A DNA stretch of 64,000 nt from contig CAVZDU010000008.1 of assembly GCA_963774265.1 (NCBI GenBank), positions 256,001 to 320,000 of the forward strand. Reading direction: 5' to 3'. The DNA comes from an uncultured Chloroflexia bacterium (GTDB lineage: Bacteria; Chloroflexota; Anaerolineae; CG2-30-64-16). Below the pieces are notes generated by a model that made no database searches, was not told the DNA's origin, and was given only the letters and a program-made list of their open reading frames with translations. Shown here piece after piece: positions 19,883 through 31,053 of this stretch. Position numbers and translations under genes: made by a program. Each line of letters starts with the position of its first letter. Within the stretch, counting starts at the first letter, position 1.

Positions 19883-21088
19883 GTGAACACGCAGGACTAC
19901 ATCGCGCTGGAAAGCCGTTACGGCGCGACCAACTACAAGCCGCTCGATGTCGTGCTGACCCGCGGCCAGGGCATCTGGGTGTGGGACGTGGACGGCAACC
20001 GCTACATGGACTGCCTCTCGGCCTATTCCGCGGTCAACCAGGGCCACTGCCATCCCAAGATCGCCGCGGTGATGAAGGAGCAGGCCGACAAGCTCACCCT
20101 CACCTCGCGCGCCTTCCGCAACGACCAGCTGGGGCTTTTCTACCAGGAGCTGTGCGAGCTGACCCACTCGCACATGGCGCTGCCCATGAACAGCGGCGCC
20201 GAGGCGGTCGAGTCGTGCATCAAGGCCGTGCGCAAGTGGGGCTACAAGGTCAAGGGCATGCCCGACGGCCAGGCCGAGATCATCGTCTGCGCCAACAACT
20301 TCCACGGCCGCACCATCACCATCGTCGGCTTCAGCACCGAGGAGCAGTACCGCGACGGCTACGCGCCCGTTCACGCCCGGCTTCAAGATCATCCCCTTCG
20401 GCGATGCGCAGGCGCTGGAGGAGGCCATCACCCCCAACACGGTCGCCTTCCTGGTCGAGCCGATCCAGGGCGAGGCCGGCATCATCGTGCCGCCCGCCGG
20501 CTATCTCGCGCGAGGTGCGCCGCATCTGCACCGACCACGGCATCGCCCTCATCACCGACGAGATCCAGACCGGCCTGGGCCGCACCGGCAAGCTGCTGGC
20601 CGAGGAGCACGACGGCGTCGAGGCCGACCTGACCATGATCGGCAAGGCGCTGTCGGGCGGCTTCTACCCCGTCTCGGCGGTGCTCTCGAACAAGGAGGTG
20701 CTGGGCGTCTTCCAGCCCGGCGACCACGGCAGCACCTTCGGCGGCAACCCGCTGGCCTGCGCGGTGGCGCGCATGGCGCTGAAGGTGCTGGTCGAGGAAG
20801 GCATGATCGAGAACGCGGCGACGCATGGGCGACTACCTGATGGGCCAGCCTGCGACGATCAAGAGCCCGCACATCAAGGAAGTGCGCGGCAAGGGCCTGC
20901 TCGTCGGCGTCGAGCTGCATCCCGGAGGCCGGCGGCGCGCGGCGCTTCTGCGAGGCGCTGATGGCGCAGCGGCCTGCTGTGCAAGGAGACGCACCAGCAC
21001 GTCATCCGCTTCGCCCCGCCGCTGGTCATCACAAAAGGATGAGGTCGACTGGGCGCTGGAGCACATCGAGGCGGCGCTGACGGACTGA
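19883..21088 (+). CDS. rocD: Ornithine--oxo-acid aminotransferase (frameshifted)
   Basis: [81 protein letters not shown]. Confidence 0.92.
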
Positions 21089-21159
21089 ATCAGAAGCACC
21101 GATAGACGATTCCAGAGACGACAGCGCCACCCTGGCGCGCATCCAGGTGGACAGTTACT

Positions 21160-22885
21160 TTATGCCCGGCGCCAAGGCTCAAAGTGCTCCAGATTGCTCC
21201 CGCCAATGAACTCACGCAGGATCGAGTTGTCGGGCACCAGGTCCGCCGGCGCGGGCTCAAACCACTGGAGGAACGCAAGCAGCCGGTGTGCCTCCACATA
21301 ACCGGGCCTGCCCGGCTCCACCTGGAGTAGCAACGGCTCCGCGAATGCCTTCAACACGGATAGCTCGTACACCAGAGCCGAATTGAACATCGCGTCCGCG
21401 TTCTCCTGATAGGGGAAGATGTGCCGGCGCTCGCCGCGGTGCACGCTCTCCCACCGGCCGATGGTGTCCGCCGCCGAGTATCCACGCGTGCGAGCATCGC
21501 GCACGATCCTGCGGATCAATCGATTGTCGGTGGTGGAAACTCGGTTATGGCGGTCGATGTTTAGCTGGGTCAAAGCCGAGATATAGATGCGAAAGACGCT
21601 TTCGCGCAGCGCGTCGGGTGCGAGCCGCGGATTCAGCCCGTGAATTCCCTCGATCAATAGAATCTCGTCCGTGCCAAGTTGGGCCACCGCGCCCGTTTCG
21701 CGTTTTCCCGTCCGAAAATTGAACAGCGGCAACTGTACTTCTTCGCCTCGCATGAGCCGCGTCAGGTGATCGTTGAACAGCGGGAGGTCCAGCGCCTCCA
21801 GGCCTTCAAAATCGAAGTTGCCCTCCTCGTCCTTCGGCGTCAGCTCCCGGTCTATGAAGTAGTTGTCCATCTCCACGGCGATCGGCCGGATGCCATTGGC
21901 AAGCAACTGCACGGCCAGTCGCTTTGAGAACGTCGTCTTGCCGGAAGAGGATGGCCCCGCAATCAGCACAAGCTTCACCCGGTCCCGCGCTTCGGCGATC
22001 TGCGTTGCCAGGCGTGCGATGCCGTGTTCGTGCCGAGCCTCAGCCACCAGCATAATCTCGTTCGTGCGGCCGGCGGTGACGGCCGCGTTGAGCGAGCCGA
22101 CATCCTCCAATCCCAATAGGCGCAGGGTGTTCCCGTACTCGCGAAACACACCGACCAATTTCGGATACTCAACCACCGGATCGAGCTCCATGCTCTGGCG
22201 GAGTGGAAAACGGAGGAGAAACCCGGGTTCGTAATATTGCAAGGCAAAGGATGAGATGTAACCGGCCGAAGGAACCATATACCCGTGGAAATAGTCCCGA
22301 TAACCGCACAACTTATACAGCACCAGGTAATCCTTCTGGCGGTGCTGGAGCAGGCGGACCTTATCATCCTCGCCGCGCTGGCGGAAGAACTCGATGGCCT
22401 CAGCCAGCGGCACGCGCTCTTTGCCGATGGGCGCGTCGGATGCGACGATCTCGCGCATGCGTGCCTCGATGTGCGCCAGTTCCTCAGATGTAAACTGCGG
22501 TCGGCCCTCAACCTGGCAGTAGTAACCGCCGAAAGTCACCGCATGATCGACATTCACGATCGTCTCAGGAAACAGCTCGTGCGCTGCTACGACCAGCAGG
22601 AAAGTCAACGAACGCCTGTAGATGCGGCTGCCATCGCGATCATCCGTCCCCAGGGCCATCACCTCGACGTCCCGGTCGATGTGGTAGGTAAGTTCGCGCA
22701 GCTCGTTGTCGATCAGCGCGGCAACAATCGGAAATGGCCATGGCGCTCTGCGCGCCAGCCGCGTCGACGAAATGGCGTAGCTCGGTCTTGAGCGGCGCCT
22801 CAAAAATGCGACGATCGCTGAACTTGACCTGAGCAGTCTTGCGCGGCCGAGCACGGGCGACTCTGGCAGATTTGATGGCAGTCAT
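21160..22885 (-). CDS. Nucleoside (uridine) kinase family protein with N-terminal ThrRS-like domains (frameshift near 22760)
   Basis: IYRRSLTFLL, IAGPSSSGKTTFSKRL, IEGIHGLNP, TTDNRLIRRIVRD, IFPYQENAD, SILREFIGGS. Confidence 0.88.
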
Positions 22886-22982
22886 GGCATTCTCATATGG
22901 GGGTGGTGTGCCCCGCTCAATGTTTGGCGCACTCGATCGCGTTGTGCGAGGCGCATGGGTCCTGGACGATTGTACCACACCA

Positions 22983-24821
22983 TCAGGCCTTGCTCTCCAA
23001 CTCCTCCCAGCGAGCATACATCGCGGCTAGCCTCTGCTCGATTTCCGAAAGACGCGCCGTCGCACGCACCACCTCGTTGCCGCCTCCCTGGTACGTGTTG
23101 GCGTCGGCCATCGCCGCGTAGAGTGCTTCCTGCTCCGCCTCCAACGCCTCCAGGAGTGCGGGCAGTGCGTCGAGTTCCTGCCTCTCTTTGTAGGACAGCT
23201 TTGCTGGCCGCAGGCCGGGAGCCTCGCGTGGGCGAGATGTGGTTAGTGTGGGAGTCTTTTGTGTGGGTGCGGCCGACTGTGCCGGCCGCTGGCGCACCCA
23301 ATCATCGTACCCTCCCGCGTACTCTCCCACCGCGCCGCCCGGTTCCATCGCCAAGGTCCCATCGACCACGTTGTTCAGCAACTCCCTGTCGTGGCTCACC
23401 AGCAGCAACGTCCCCTCGAACGCAAGCAGCAAGTCCTCAAGGAGCTCCAAGGTTTCCAGGTCGAGATCATTCGTCGGTTCATCCAGCACAAGCACGTTGG
23501 CCGGCCTGGCAAACAGCCGCGCGAGCAGGAGCCGATTACGCTCTCCGCCAGAAAGGGTGCTCACGTACGCGCGAATGCGCTCTAAAGGAAAGAGGAATTC
23601 CTGCAAATAGCCGATTACGTGCCGTCGATAGCCGTTGATCGTCACAAAATCCCTGCCGTCCGCGATGTTGTCGAAGACGGTCGCATCCTCGTCCAACTGG
23701 GCGCGCAACTGATCGAAGTAGGCCAGCTCGACATTGGCGCCATGCCGGATGGTCCCGCGCATGGGTGTAGTCTCCCCGATCAGCAGGCGTAGAAGAGTCG
23801 TCTTGCCCGAACCGTTTGGCCCAATGATGCCCAGCTTATCGCCACGCACGATCGTGGTTGAGAAGTCGCGGACGATGGGGCGGCCATCGAAGGCGAAATC
23901 CACCCCCTTAGCCTCAATCACGAGTTTCCCTGAACGCTCCGCCTCCTGCACCTGCATCCGCAGACTACCCGGGTGCTCCCGCCGTTCGCGCCGCTGCCCG
24001 CGCATGCGCTCCAGGGCGCGTACCCGCCCCTCGTTACGGGTGCGCCGCGCCTCGATGCCCTGGCGAATCCAGGCTTCCTCCTGCGCGAGCTTCTTGTCGA
24101 ATTCGGCCTGCTGCGTGGTCTCCGCAGCCAGCACCGCCTGCTTGCGCGCGCTGAACGTGTCGTAGTTGCAGGCCCAGTCGATCAGGCGGCCGCGGTCCAC
24201 TTCAATGATCCGGGTGGCAAGCCGGCGAAGAAAGGTGCGGTCGTGGGTAACGAACACCAGGGTGCCGCTGTACCGCAGAAGGAAATCCTCCATCCAGGAG
24301 ATCGCGTCGAGGTCCAGGTGGTTGGTCGGCTCGTCCAGCAACACGATGTCGGGGTCGCGAACCAGGCCGCGCGCCAACATGACGCGTCGCTTGAGACCTG
24401 CCGAGAGCTGGGCGAATTGCGCATCGGGGTCAAGCTGCATACGGGAGACGATGGTGTCCATGAGGAGGCGATTTTTCCACGCCTCATCGGTCGAGCTCGC
24501 AAGCTCTCCGGAAGAGACCGGCGTGGCCCCGCCGATCAAGTTGGAGTGCAATCCAGCCGCAATAACCTCGTGGACCGAGCCGATGATTCCCTCGGGCACC
24601 TCTTGTGACAGGTAGGCGACTCGAACACCGCGTTCGCGGACGATGGCGCCGGACTCCGGCTCCAGTTCACCCACGATCAGTTTCAAGAGCGTCGATTTGC
24701 CTGCGCCGTTGCGCCCGAGTAGCCCTAATCGTTCGCCACGTTCAATCTGCAGGTCGATGTTCTCCAGGACCGGGTGGCCGCCAAATCCGAGGCTCACATC
24801 CTGCATGCTCAATAACGCCAT
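22983..24821 (-). CDS. uup: ABC-F family ATPase Uup
   Basis: Two ABC cassettes (GRNGAGKST, GPNGSGKTT, LDEPTN x2), WIRQGIEARRTRNEGRVRAL linker, KLSYKERQEL..RWEELE C-terminus. Confidence 0.9.
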   Translation of the reverse strand: MALLSMQDVSLGFGGHPVLENIDLQIERGERLGLLGRNGAGKSTLLKLIVGELEPESGAIVRERGVRVAYLSQEVPEGIIGSVHEVIAAGLHSNLIGGATPVSSGELASSTDEAWKNRLLMDTIVSRMQLDPDAQFAQLSAGLKRRVMLARGLVRDPDIVLLDEPTNHLDLDAISWMEDFLLRYSGTLVFVTHDRTFLRRLATRIIEVDRGRLIDWACNYDTFSARKQAVLAAETTQQAEFDKKLAQEEAWIRQGIEARRTRNEGRVRALERMRGQRRERREHPGSLRMQVQEAERSGKLVIEAKGVDFAFDGRPIVRDFSTTIVRGDKLGIIGPNGSGKTTLLRLLIGETTPMRGTIRHGANVELAYFDQLRAQLDEDATVFDNIADGRDFVTINGYRRHVIGYLQEFLFPLERIRAYVSTLSGGERNRLLLARLFARPANVLVLDEPTNDLDLETLELLEDLLLAFEGTLLLVSHDRELLNNVVDGTLAMEPGGAVGEYAGGYDDWVRQRPAQSAAPTQKTPTLTTSRPREAPGLRPAKLSYKERQELDALPALLEALEAEQEALYAAMADANTYQGGGNEVVRATARLSEIEQRLAAMYARWEELESKA

Positions 24822-24882
24822 GCAACCATCCCTTAGATAAGAGTCGCCAGCCATTATACTCCCCTTTCTGGCCGCGGACTGT

Positions 24883-24911
24883 TTGACAAATCACAGGCGC
24901 GCTGTTATAGT
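24883..24911 (+). promoter_or_regulatory. sigma70 promoter of the metX leader
   Basis: TTGACA-N17-TATAGT. Confidence 0.8.
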
Positions 24912-24942
24912 CTCGCTCACCAAACAACCGAATAAGCCCGCA

Positions 24943-25038
24943 CTTTCATCCAGAGAGGCAGAGGGACCGGCCCGATGAAGCCTCGGCAACCTGCAGTCAA
25001 GGTGCCAACTCCGGCAGAGAAGATCTGGAAGATGAGAG
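24943..25038 (+). promoter_or_regulatory. SAM-I (S-box) riboswitch
   Basis: TCATCCAGAGAGGCAGAGGGACCGGCCCGATGAAGCCTCGGCAACC..GGTGCCAACTCC..GAAGATGAG upstream of metX. Confidence 0.95.
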
Positions 25039-25064
25039 GAAAGGTGCAACGATGCCGCCACCCT

Positions 25065-25108
25065 CCCCGGGCCAGCCTCAGACGAGGCCGCTTTCCCCGG
25101 GGTTTTTT
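25065..25108 (+). terminator. Riboswitch expression-platform terminator
   Basis: CCCCGGG..GCCTCAGACGAGGC..CCCGGGG followed by TTTTTT. Confidence 0.65.
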
Positions 25109-25191
25109 GTTGGCAGACGCGCCACCGCCCTCTCATTCCATAGTGAGAGGGCGGTTTGGTTAACGCCGTATTCTGCACGCGAGATCAAACG

Positions 25192-26301
25192 ATGGTACTA
25201 AATCAAGATACCCAGTGGTTCACGTTCGCCGAGGGGACGCCCTTCGCCCTGGAGTCGGGCGCGACGCTCAGCCCCGTGACACTCGCCTACGAGACATACG
25301 GGACACTGAACGCCGAGCGCTCCAACGCGATCCTGGTGTGCCACGCCCTGAGTGGAAGCGTGCACGCTGGCGGCCCAGGTGGCTGGTGGTCAGATTGCAT
25401 CGGCCCCGGGAAAGCGTTCGACACAGATCGTTTCTTCGTGATTTGCACCAATGTGCTCGGCTCCTGCTATGGCTCCAGCGGGCCCGCGAGCCCTGACCCG
25501 GCGACACGTGAACCATATGGCTTGCACTTTCCCCTGGTGACCATTGGCGACATGGTGCGAGCGCAGCGTGTACTGATCGACCACTTGGGCATAAGCGAGT
25601 TGCTATGTGTGGCGGGCGGATCGATGGGCGGAATGCAGGTGCTGGAGTGGGCCAGTCATTATCCGGAGCGCATCCGCGCCGCAATTCCCCTGGCGACGAC
25701 TGCGCGTTCCAGCCCCATGCTGATCGCGTTCAACGAGGTCGGCCGGCAGGCCATCTACGCGGACCCCCACTGGCAGGGCGGCAGCTACTACGCGAACGGC
25801 AATCGGCCGGACGCGGGACTGGCCATCGCGCGCATGATCGGCCACATCACCTACTTGAGCGACCAGTCTATGCACGCCAAGTTCGGCCGCCGGCTACAGG
25901 ATCGCGAGAAGTTCGGCTACGAATTCAAAGCGGAGTTCGAGGTCGAAAGCTATCTGAAGTACAAGGGGCTCAGCTTCACCCAGCGCTTCGACGCAAACAG
26001 CTACCTGTACGTAACGAAAGCGCTCGACTACTTCGACCTCAGCGCGCCAGCAGGGCTGTCAGCAGCCTTCGCACACTCGGAACAAATCAAGTTTCTGGTC
26101 GTGAGCTTTACCAGTGACTGGCTTTACCCGTCCTATCACAGCAAAGAACTGGTCACGGCACTGACGGCCGCCGGGGCGGATGTCACATACCTCGATATCG
26201 AGAGCAGTTGGGGCCACGATGCATTTCTGCTGGAGGTCGATACCATGACGCGGCTGCTGGGCAGTTTCGTCAACCGGGTGGCGCGTGAGGCAGGGCTGTG
26301 A
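25192..26301 (+). CDS. metX: Homoserine O-acetyltransferase
   Basis: [36 protein letters not shown]. Confidence 0.95.
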   Translation: MVLNQDTQWFTFAEGTPFALESGATLSPVTLAYETYGTLNAERSNAILVCHALSGSVHAGGPGGWWSDCIGPGKAFDTDRFFVICTNVLGSCYGSSGPASPDPATREPYGLHFPLVTIGDMVRAQRVLIDHLGISELLCVAGGSMGGMQVLEWASHYPERIRAAIPLATTARSSPMLIAFNEVGRQAIYADPHWQGGSYYANGNRPDAGLAIARMIGHITYLSDQSMHAKFGRRLQDREKFGYEFKAEFEVESYLKYKGLSFTQRFDANSYLYVTKALDYFDLSAPAGLSAAFAHSEQIKFLVVSFTSDWLYPSYHSKELVTALTAAGADVTYLDIESSWGHDAFLLEVDTMTRLLGSFVNRVAREAGL

Positions 26302-26897
26302 ATCAGTCATTGCGGCCCGATCTGCGCATCATCGCCGACTTCATCTCCGCAGGCGCGCGAGTATTGGATTTGGGATGTGGCGACGGCGCGCTGCTCGAGC
26401 ATCTGGTACAGGTTAAGGGCGTCATTGGCCGCGGCATCGAGTTAAGCGAGGCTGGGGTCCTGGCGTGCGTGCGACGCGGGCTGAGCGTGCGGCAGGGTGA
26501 CCTGCAGGAGGGGTTGGTGGACTACCCCGCCGCCAGCTTCGATTATGTTGTGTTGAGCCAGACCCTGCCCTTCCTTGACGACCCGGAAATGATTCTGACG
26601 GAGATGCTGCGGGTCGGTCGGGCCGCGGTCGTAAGTTTCCCAAACTGGGGATACTGGCGATGCCGAGTCGAGCTATTGCTGACGGGGAGGATGCCGAATG
26701 CACCTGACCTGGCGCAGGCATGGCACGAGAAACCACGGTGGCAGGCCCTCACCATCACTGACTTCGCCGTCTTCTGCCGTGAAAACGGAATCGCCATCAC
26801 CCGCCACGCCTACCTTGCCAACGGCCGACCCATGAATATCCACAAGATAACGAATCTGATGTCGACGACAGGTGTATTCTTGTTGCAACGTGCCTGA
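26298..26897 (+). CDS. metW: Methionine biosynthesis protein MetW
   Basis: LRPDL, VLDLGCGDG, FDYVVLSQTL, VSFPNWGYW; coupled to metX. Confidence 0.92.
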   Translation: MNQSLRPDLRIIADFISAGARVLDLGCGDGALLEHLVQVKGVIGRGIELSEAGVLACVRRGLSVRQGDLQEGLVDYPAASFDYVVLSQTLPFLDDPEMILTEMLRVGRAAVVSFPNWGYWRCRVELLLTGRMPNAPDLAQAWHEKPRWQALTITDFAVFCRENGIAITRHAYLANGRPMNIHKITNLMSTTGVFLLQRA

Positions 26898-26941
26898 CTC
26901 GTACTCAGGTCTACATTCCCATAACCTGAGCGGTACTCCCT

Positions 26942-28213
26942 CTACATACCTTTACCCACCCCCAGGCGAGCGAGCAGCCCCGCGCCGGCAAATCGTAACA
27001 CGGTTGCGACGATGAGCGCCGGGACCAGGCCAAAACCATCCGCGAGCGCGGTGCCGAGCAGAGGTGCCGTGAAGGTGGCGATGTAAACGGTTGTCTGATA
27101 GATGCCAACAAAGGCAGCCTGATTTTCGGTCGGGCAAGTGGCCAGAACGATGTCAAAGAAAACCAGGTCGACGCCGGCGACAAAAAAGCCAGCCAGTCCT
27201 GCCCACAAGATCAATAAGTTGGGCGCGGTTGTCAGAGCCGTGAGAAGTGGATAGAAGCTGACGCCGAACGCGGTGATCAATAGAACGAGGCGCTCGCCGC
27301 GCCGCGCCGAGATTCTCGTCCACACAAAATAGGCGATCATCAAGACGAATGTGTTCGTCGAATTGATCACACTGATCTGCGAATCGGTCGCCCCGACTGC
27401 GCGCACCCAGTAAAGCGGAAACAGTGGGAGTGCCATCGCAAGCCCGCCACGGAAGACAACCTGGGCTACCGTGAAGTTGAGGAACGGTTTATTGTGTCTC
27501 AGCGAACCGCCGTGTTCGCGCAGCGTCTGGATCATGCTCCGTTGCTGCTGGGGCACGTTCTGCGGCGGCAGCTTCAAACTGGACGAAAAGACGATGCTGA
27601 TGAACGCGCCGATCGCAGAACCGATGAAGATGACCTGGTAGTTGAGAGGAAAATCGAACCGATTCAGCATTTGGCCGACAAGGACCACGGTAAGCGAGTT
27701 CGTCAGGCCGAGGATAGACCAGCGTCGGCTCATCAAGGTGAATCGTCCTCTGGGACCTGCAACCCCGCCCATGACTACCGTAAAGGCAACGCTGACGAGG
27801 GTCTGTGGCAAGGTGGCAAGGGCCCAGATCATGATAATGAGCTCGGGCTCGCGAGTTTGTGTAACGAAGGGCACCAGGCCGGTGAGCACATAACACAGCA
27901 GGACGAGAAAGCGAGAACGGGCGAACCACGGTATGATATTCGGTCGCCGGGAGAGAAACTCGCCCACAGGGATTGCCAATAGCATGCCCGTGAGCGCAGG
28001 CATGGCGGTGAGGAGACCAACCAGGAAGCTGGAAGCGCCGAGACGAACCAGAAAGACGGACAAAAAGCTGCCGACGCCGGCAGTGATACCGACGCCGATG
28101 CCGTCGATCAGGACATTGCGCTGATTAAGCTGCTCGCGATTGGAGGGCCGGAAAAGCACCGCCCACAAGGGCGTTTCATTGTGGTTAGCCGCAATCGGGC
28201 CCATCTGAGACAT
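26942..28213 (-). CDS. MFS transporter
   Basis: 423 aa, about 12 hydrophobic segments, SARRGER loop motif. Confidence 0.8.
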   Translation of the reverse strand: MSQMGPIAANHNETPLWAVLFRPSNREQLNQRNVLIDGIGVGITAGVGSFLSVFLVRLGASSFLVGLLTAMPALTGMLLAIPVGEFLSRRPNIIPWFARSRFLVLLCYVLTGLVPFVTQTREPELIIMIWALATLPQTLVSVAFTVVMGGVAGPRGRFTLMSRRWSILGLTNSLTVVLVGQMLNRFDFPLNYQVIFIGSAIGAFISIVFSSSLKLPPQNVPQQQRSMIQTLREHGGSLRHNKPFLNFTVAQVVFRGGLAMALPLFPLYWVRAVGATDSQISVINSTNTFVLMIAYFVWTRISARRGERLVLLITAFGVSFYPLLTALTTAPNLLILWAGLAGFFVAGVDLVFFDIVLATCPTENQAAFVGIYQTTVYIATFTAPLLGTALADGFGLVPALIVATVLRFAGAGLLARLGVGKGM

Positions 28214-28260
28214 AGGACAATATTATCAAAAAGGGCCGCGTCTGCCAAGGAGAACATGAC

Positions 28261-29133
28261 TCAATTATGGGCAGATGTCGCAGCAGCAACATACCAGTCG
28301 ATCAAGCGGCGCGCGATGGTCGACGGCGGCGGAATGTTGGGCAGCTGATCGACCGAAAACCACCGGGCATCGGCAATCTCTGACTCTTCCGGGCTGATCT
28401 CGCCGGCCACGTATTCAGCGGTGAAGCCAATCATCAGCGAGTTGGGGAAAGGCCACGGCTGGCTGCCGAAATAGCGTATGTTCCGCAGGTCGATCCCCAC
28501 TTCCTCGCACACTTCACGCCTCGCGCACTCTTCCAAGGATTCGCCAGGTTCGACGTAGCCTGCCAAGACGCTGTAGCGTCCCGTCGGAAAACGGTGGTTG
28601 CGCGCCAGCAGGATGTGCAACTTACCCTTAATATGCCGGGTGACCGCGATGATGATCGCCGGCGAAAGGCGCGGGTATGAGATCAGACCACATTGCGGGC
28701 AACGTCTGGCGCGCTCGTGCGTCTGGTCGATCATCCTTCCACCGCATTGTCCACAGAACTGATGGGTGCGGCTGAAGGCCACCAACTGCACCGCGCGGCC
28801 TGCGACGTTCATAAGCTGTTCATTCAGAAGCGGGTAGAGGCCGCGCAATCCCTCGACCGTCATTCCGTCGGGCAAGGTCGCACTGGCATCGACCTCGGCA
28901 GCGTAGCAGTCAGTCTGCTCGCCACTTTCCTCAAGACGGCCCAAGTACACTGTCCGCAGGGAAACCAATCCGAGCTCAGCAGGGCCGGAAATAACGGGGA
29001 CGAACGCACGGTCACCCGCCTGGCGAACAAGCAGTTTTTCGTCTTGAAAGATAAACCAGTAAGCCGGCCGGTCGCCAGCGAAGCCTTCTGCATCTCGGCT
29101 GGCGGGCGAGAGACTCGAGAGAAACTGCATCAT
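28261..29133 (-). CDS. nudC: NAD(+) diphosphatase
   Basis: FCGQCG..CPQC zinc finger, YPRLSPA, Nudix box AGYVEPGESLEECARREVCEE, SQPWPFPNS. Confidence 0.95.
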   Translation of the reverse strand: MMQFLSSLSPASRDAEGFAGDRPAYWFIFQDEKLLVRQAGDRAFVPVISGPAELGLVSLRTVYLGRLEESGEQTDCYAAEVDASATLPDGMTVEGLRGLYPLLNEQLMNVAGRAVQLVAFSRTHQFCGQCGGRMIDQTHERARRCPQCGLISYPRLSPAIIIAVTRHIKGKLHILLARNHRFPTGRYSVLAGYVEPGESLEECARREVCEEVGIDLRNIRYFGSQPWPFPNSLMIGFTAEYVAGEISPEESEIADARWFSVDQLPNIPPPSTIARRLIDWYVAAATSAHN

Positions 29134-29136
29134 AGA

Positions 29137-30288
29137 CTATTCACTCACGGTTAAAAACTCTGCAAAGACCTGGTTGCCCAGAAGCCGGCCGCCGCTTGTC
29201 AGGCGGAGCCGATCCGATAAACGTTCCAAGAGGCCGCGGCGCACAAGGCGATCGATCTCATCACCGAACACTTCATCCAGGCCGACGCCGAAACGGCAGC
29301 GGAAAGCCGCGTCCGTCACGCCCTCATGCACCAGGCGCAGGCCGAGCATCATGAACTCGCCCATAGCAGTGTCGCGTTCGATGGATTCGCCATCTCGTTC
29401 AGGGCCCGCGCCTGCACTCACGCGTTTGATGTACTCAGGCACAGGGCGTACATTCCACCAGCGGCGGTCACCGATGAAGCTGTGCGCCCCCGCGCCGAAG
29501 CCCAGGTATGGTTCATGATGCCAGTAGACCAGGTTATGGCGGCACTGGCGGCCTGGGAGCGACCAATTAGAGATTTCGTATTGATCATATCCCGCGGCCG
29601 TAAGTCGATCCGCCGCCAACAAATAGAAGTCGGCCGCGTGGTCGTCATCCGGCGGCGCTTGCAGGCCACGGCGCACCTGATCGTAGAGAGGCGTCCCATG
29701 TTCGATAGTCAGCCCGTAAAGCGAAAGATGCTCGGGGTTGAGGTTGATAGCCCGATCGAGTGTGCGCTTCCATGTCTCAGTTGATTGTCCCGGTAGTCCG
29801 AACATAAAGTCAAGGTTGATGTTCTCAAACCCGGCACGGCGCGCGGCATGGTAAGCTGCCAGGGCTTCATCCGCGCCATGGATCCGGCCCAACCACAGCA
29901 ACTCTGCGTCATCAAAGCTCTGCACCCCCATACTCAGGCGGTTCACGCCCATCTCACGCAGGGCGACGAACAGTGAGGCATCCGCCGTGCCTGGGTTGGC
30001 CTCGCTTGTAATCTCGGCGTCCTCCATTATGTCAAAGGCGTCCCGGCAGGCCCCTATCACCTGACTGAGAAAATCCCGGGGCAGGACAGTAGGGGTGCCG
30101 CCGCCGACGAACACGCTGGACACGGGCGGCCGGCCTCTCTCGGCGCCAGCGCGCATAATCTCAGTGGCCAGGGCCACGGCATAGGGCTCGAAAAAAGAGT
30201 CCAGCCCCGCGTAGGTATTGAAGTCGCAGTAATGGCAGCGAGCAACGCAAAACGGGATATGCACGTACAGGGCGAGCGGTGGTGGCAT
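29137..30288 (-). CDS. hemW: Radical SAM heme chaperone HemW
   Basis: LYVHIPFCVARCHYCDFN, GGGTPT, YEISNW, HNLVYW. Confidence 0.92.
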   Translation of the reverse strand: MPPPLALYVHIPFCVARCHYCDFNTYAGLDSFFEPYAVALATEIMRAGAERGRPPVSSVFVGGGTPTVLPRDFLSQVIGACRDAFDIMEDAEITSEANPGTADASLFVALREMGVNRLSMGVQSFDDAELLWLGRIHGADEALAAYHAARRAGFENINLDFMFGLPGQSTETWKRTLDRAINLNPEHLSLYGLTIEHGTPLYDQVRRGLQAPPDDDHAADFYLLAADRLTAAGYDQYEISNWSLPGRQCRHNLVYWHHEPYLGFGAGAHSFIGDRRWWNVRPVPEYIKRVSAGAGPERDGESIERDTAMGEFMMLGLRLVHEGVTDAAFRCRFGVGLDEVFGDEIDRLVRRGLLERLSDRLRLTSGGRLLGNQVFAEFLTVSE

Positions 30289-30291
30289 CGG

Positions 30292-30951
30292 CTAGTCGGT
30301 GCGGTTATCGAAACGGAAGCCATGCCCCCGCATGGTCACGATGTATTGGTGATCGGGGTCGACCTCAGCAAGACGTTCTCGCAGACGACGCACGAGCGCA
30401 TCAATAGACTGTTCGGATACGCCGCCATCCGATGCTTCGGGCCAGACGCCGCGCACGATATCATCGCGCCCGACGACGCCACTGGCCGCCATCAGGAGTT
30501 CCAGCAGGCGATACTGTTGGGCCGACAGCGGAGGTTCAACCTGTTTACCGTTCAGGCGCACCTGGTGACCCGCAGCATCCATGTGCAGGCCGCGCTCCAT
30601 GGGGCCATCGAATGTCAGCGGCGCGGTGGCGCCGGCATCGACGAACGCAAGCTTATAGCGAAGGGCTACCTGGATTTCGTCGCCGTCGCGCAAGGGCTGA
30701 GGCGAGACAACATCGCGGCCGTTCAGATGCGTGCCGTTCTTGCTCGCCAGATCCTCGATTTCGTAATGATCGCCACGCCAGAGGATGCGCGCGTGGAGGC
30801 GAGAAATCTGCCTGTCATCGAGCACGATGTCGCAGTCCGCACCACGGCCAATCGTCAGCATCCTATGCTCAAGAGGCCAGGTCAACCCGCTCTCGCCACC
30901 GCGCTGCAGGATGATCATGGCCGATTCGCGAGTGTTAGGTCGATCGTTCAT
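30292..30951 (-). CDS. FHA domain plus OmpR-type winged-helix regulator
   Basis: [27 protein letters not shown]; [23 protein letters not shown]. Confidence 0.88.
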   Translation of the reverse strand: MNDRPNTRESAMIILQRGGESGLTWPLEHRMLTIGRGADCDIVLDDRQISRLHARILWRGDHYEIEDLASKNGTHLNGRDVVSPQPLRDGDEIQVALRYKLAFVDAGATAPLTFDGPMERGLHMDAAGHQVRLNGKQVEPPLSAQQYRLLELLMAASGVVGRDDIVRGVWPEASDGGVSEQSIDALVRRLRERLAEVDPDHQYIVTMRGHGFRFDNRTD

Positions 30952-31053
30952 GCGTCATTGCACTCCTGCCGCGATGGGTCATCTTGACACTCCTGGTGTC
31001 CTGCGGGATAATCGCGGCGACAATTGATCTGAACACGCATCATTTCACAGGAT

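Noticed and set aside
880-21088. Programmed frameshifting, selenocysteine read-through or mass pseudogenisation
   Set aside because: Shifts are numerous, not at obvious slippery motifs, and leave catalytic motifs and codon bias intact; sequencing error is simpler, though unproven without reads
29137-30288. Radical SAM enzyme as a RiPP maturase or HemN
   Set aside because: HIPFC and HNxxYW motifs indicate HemW; no SPASM domain or adjacent precursor peptide
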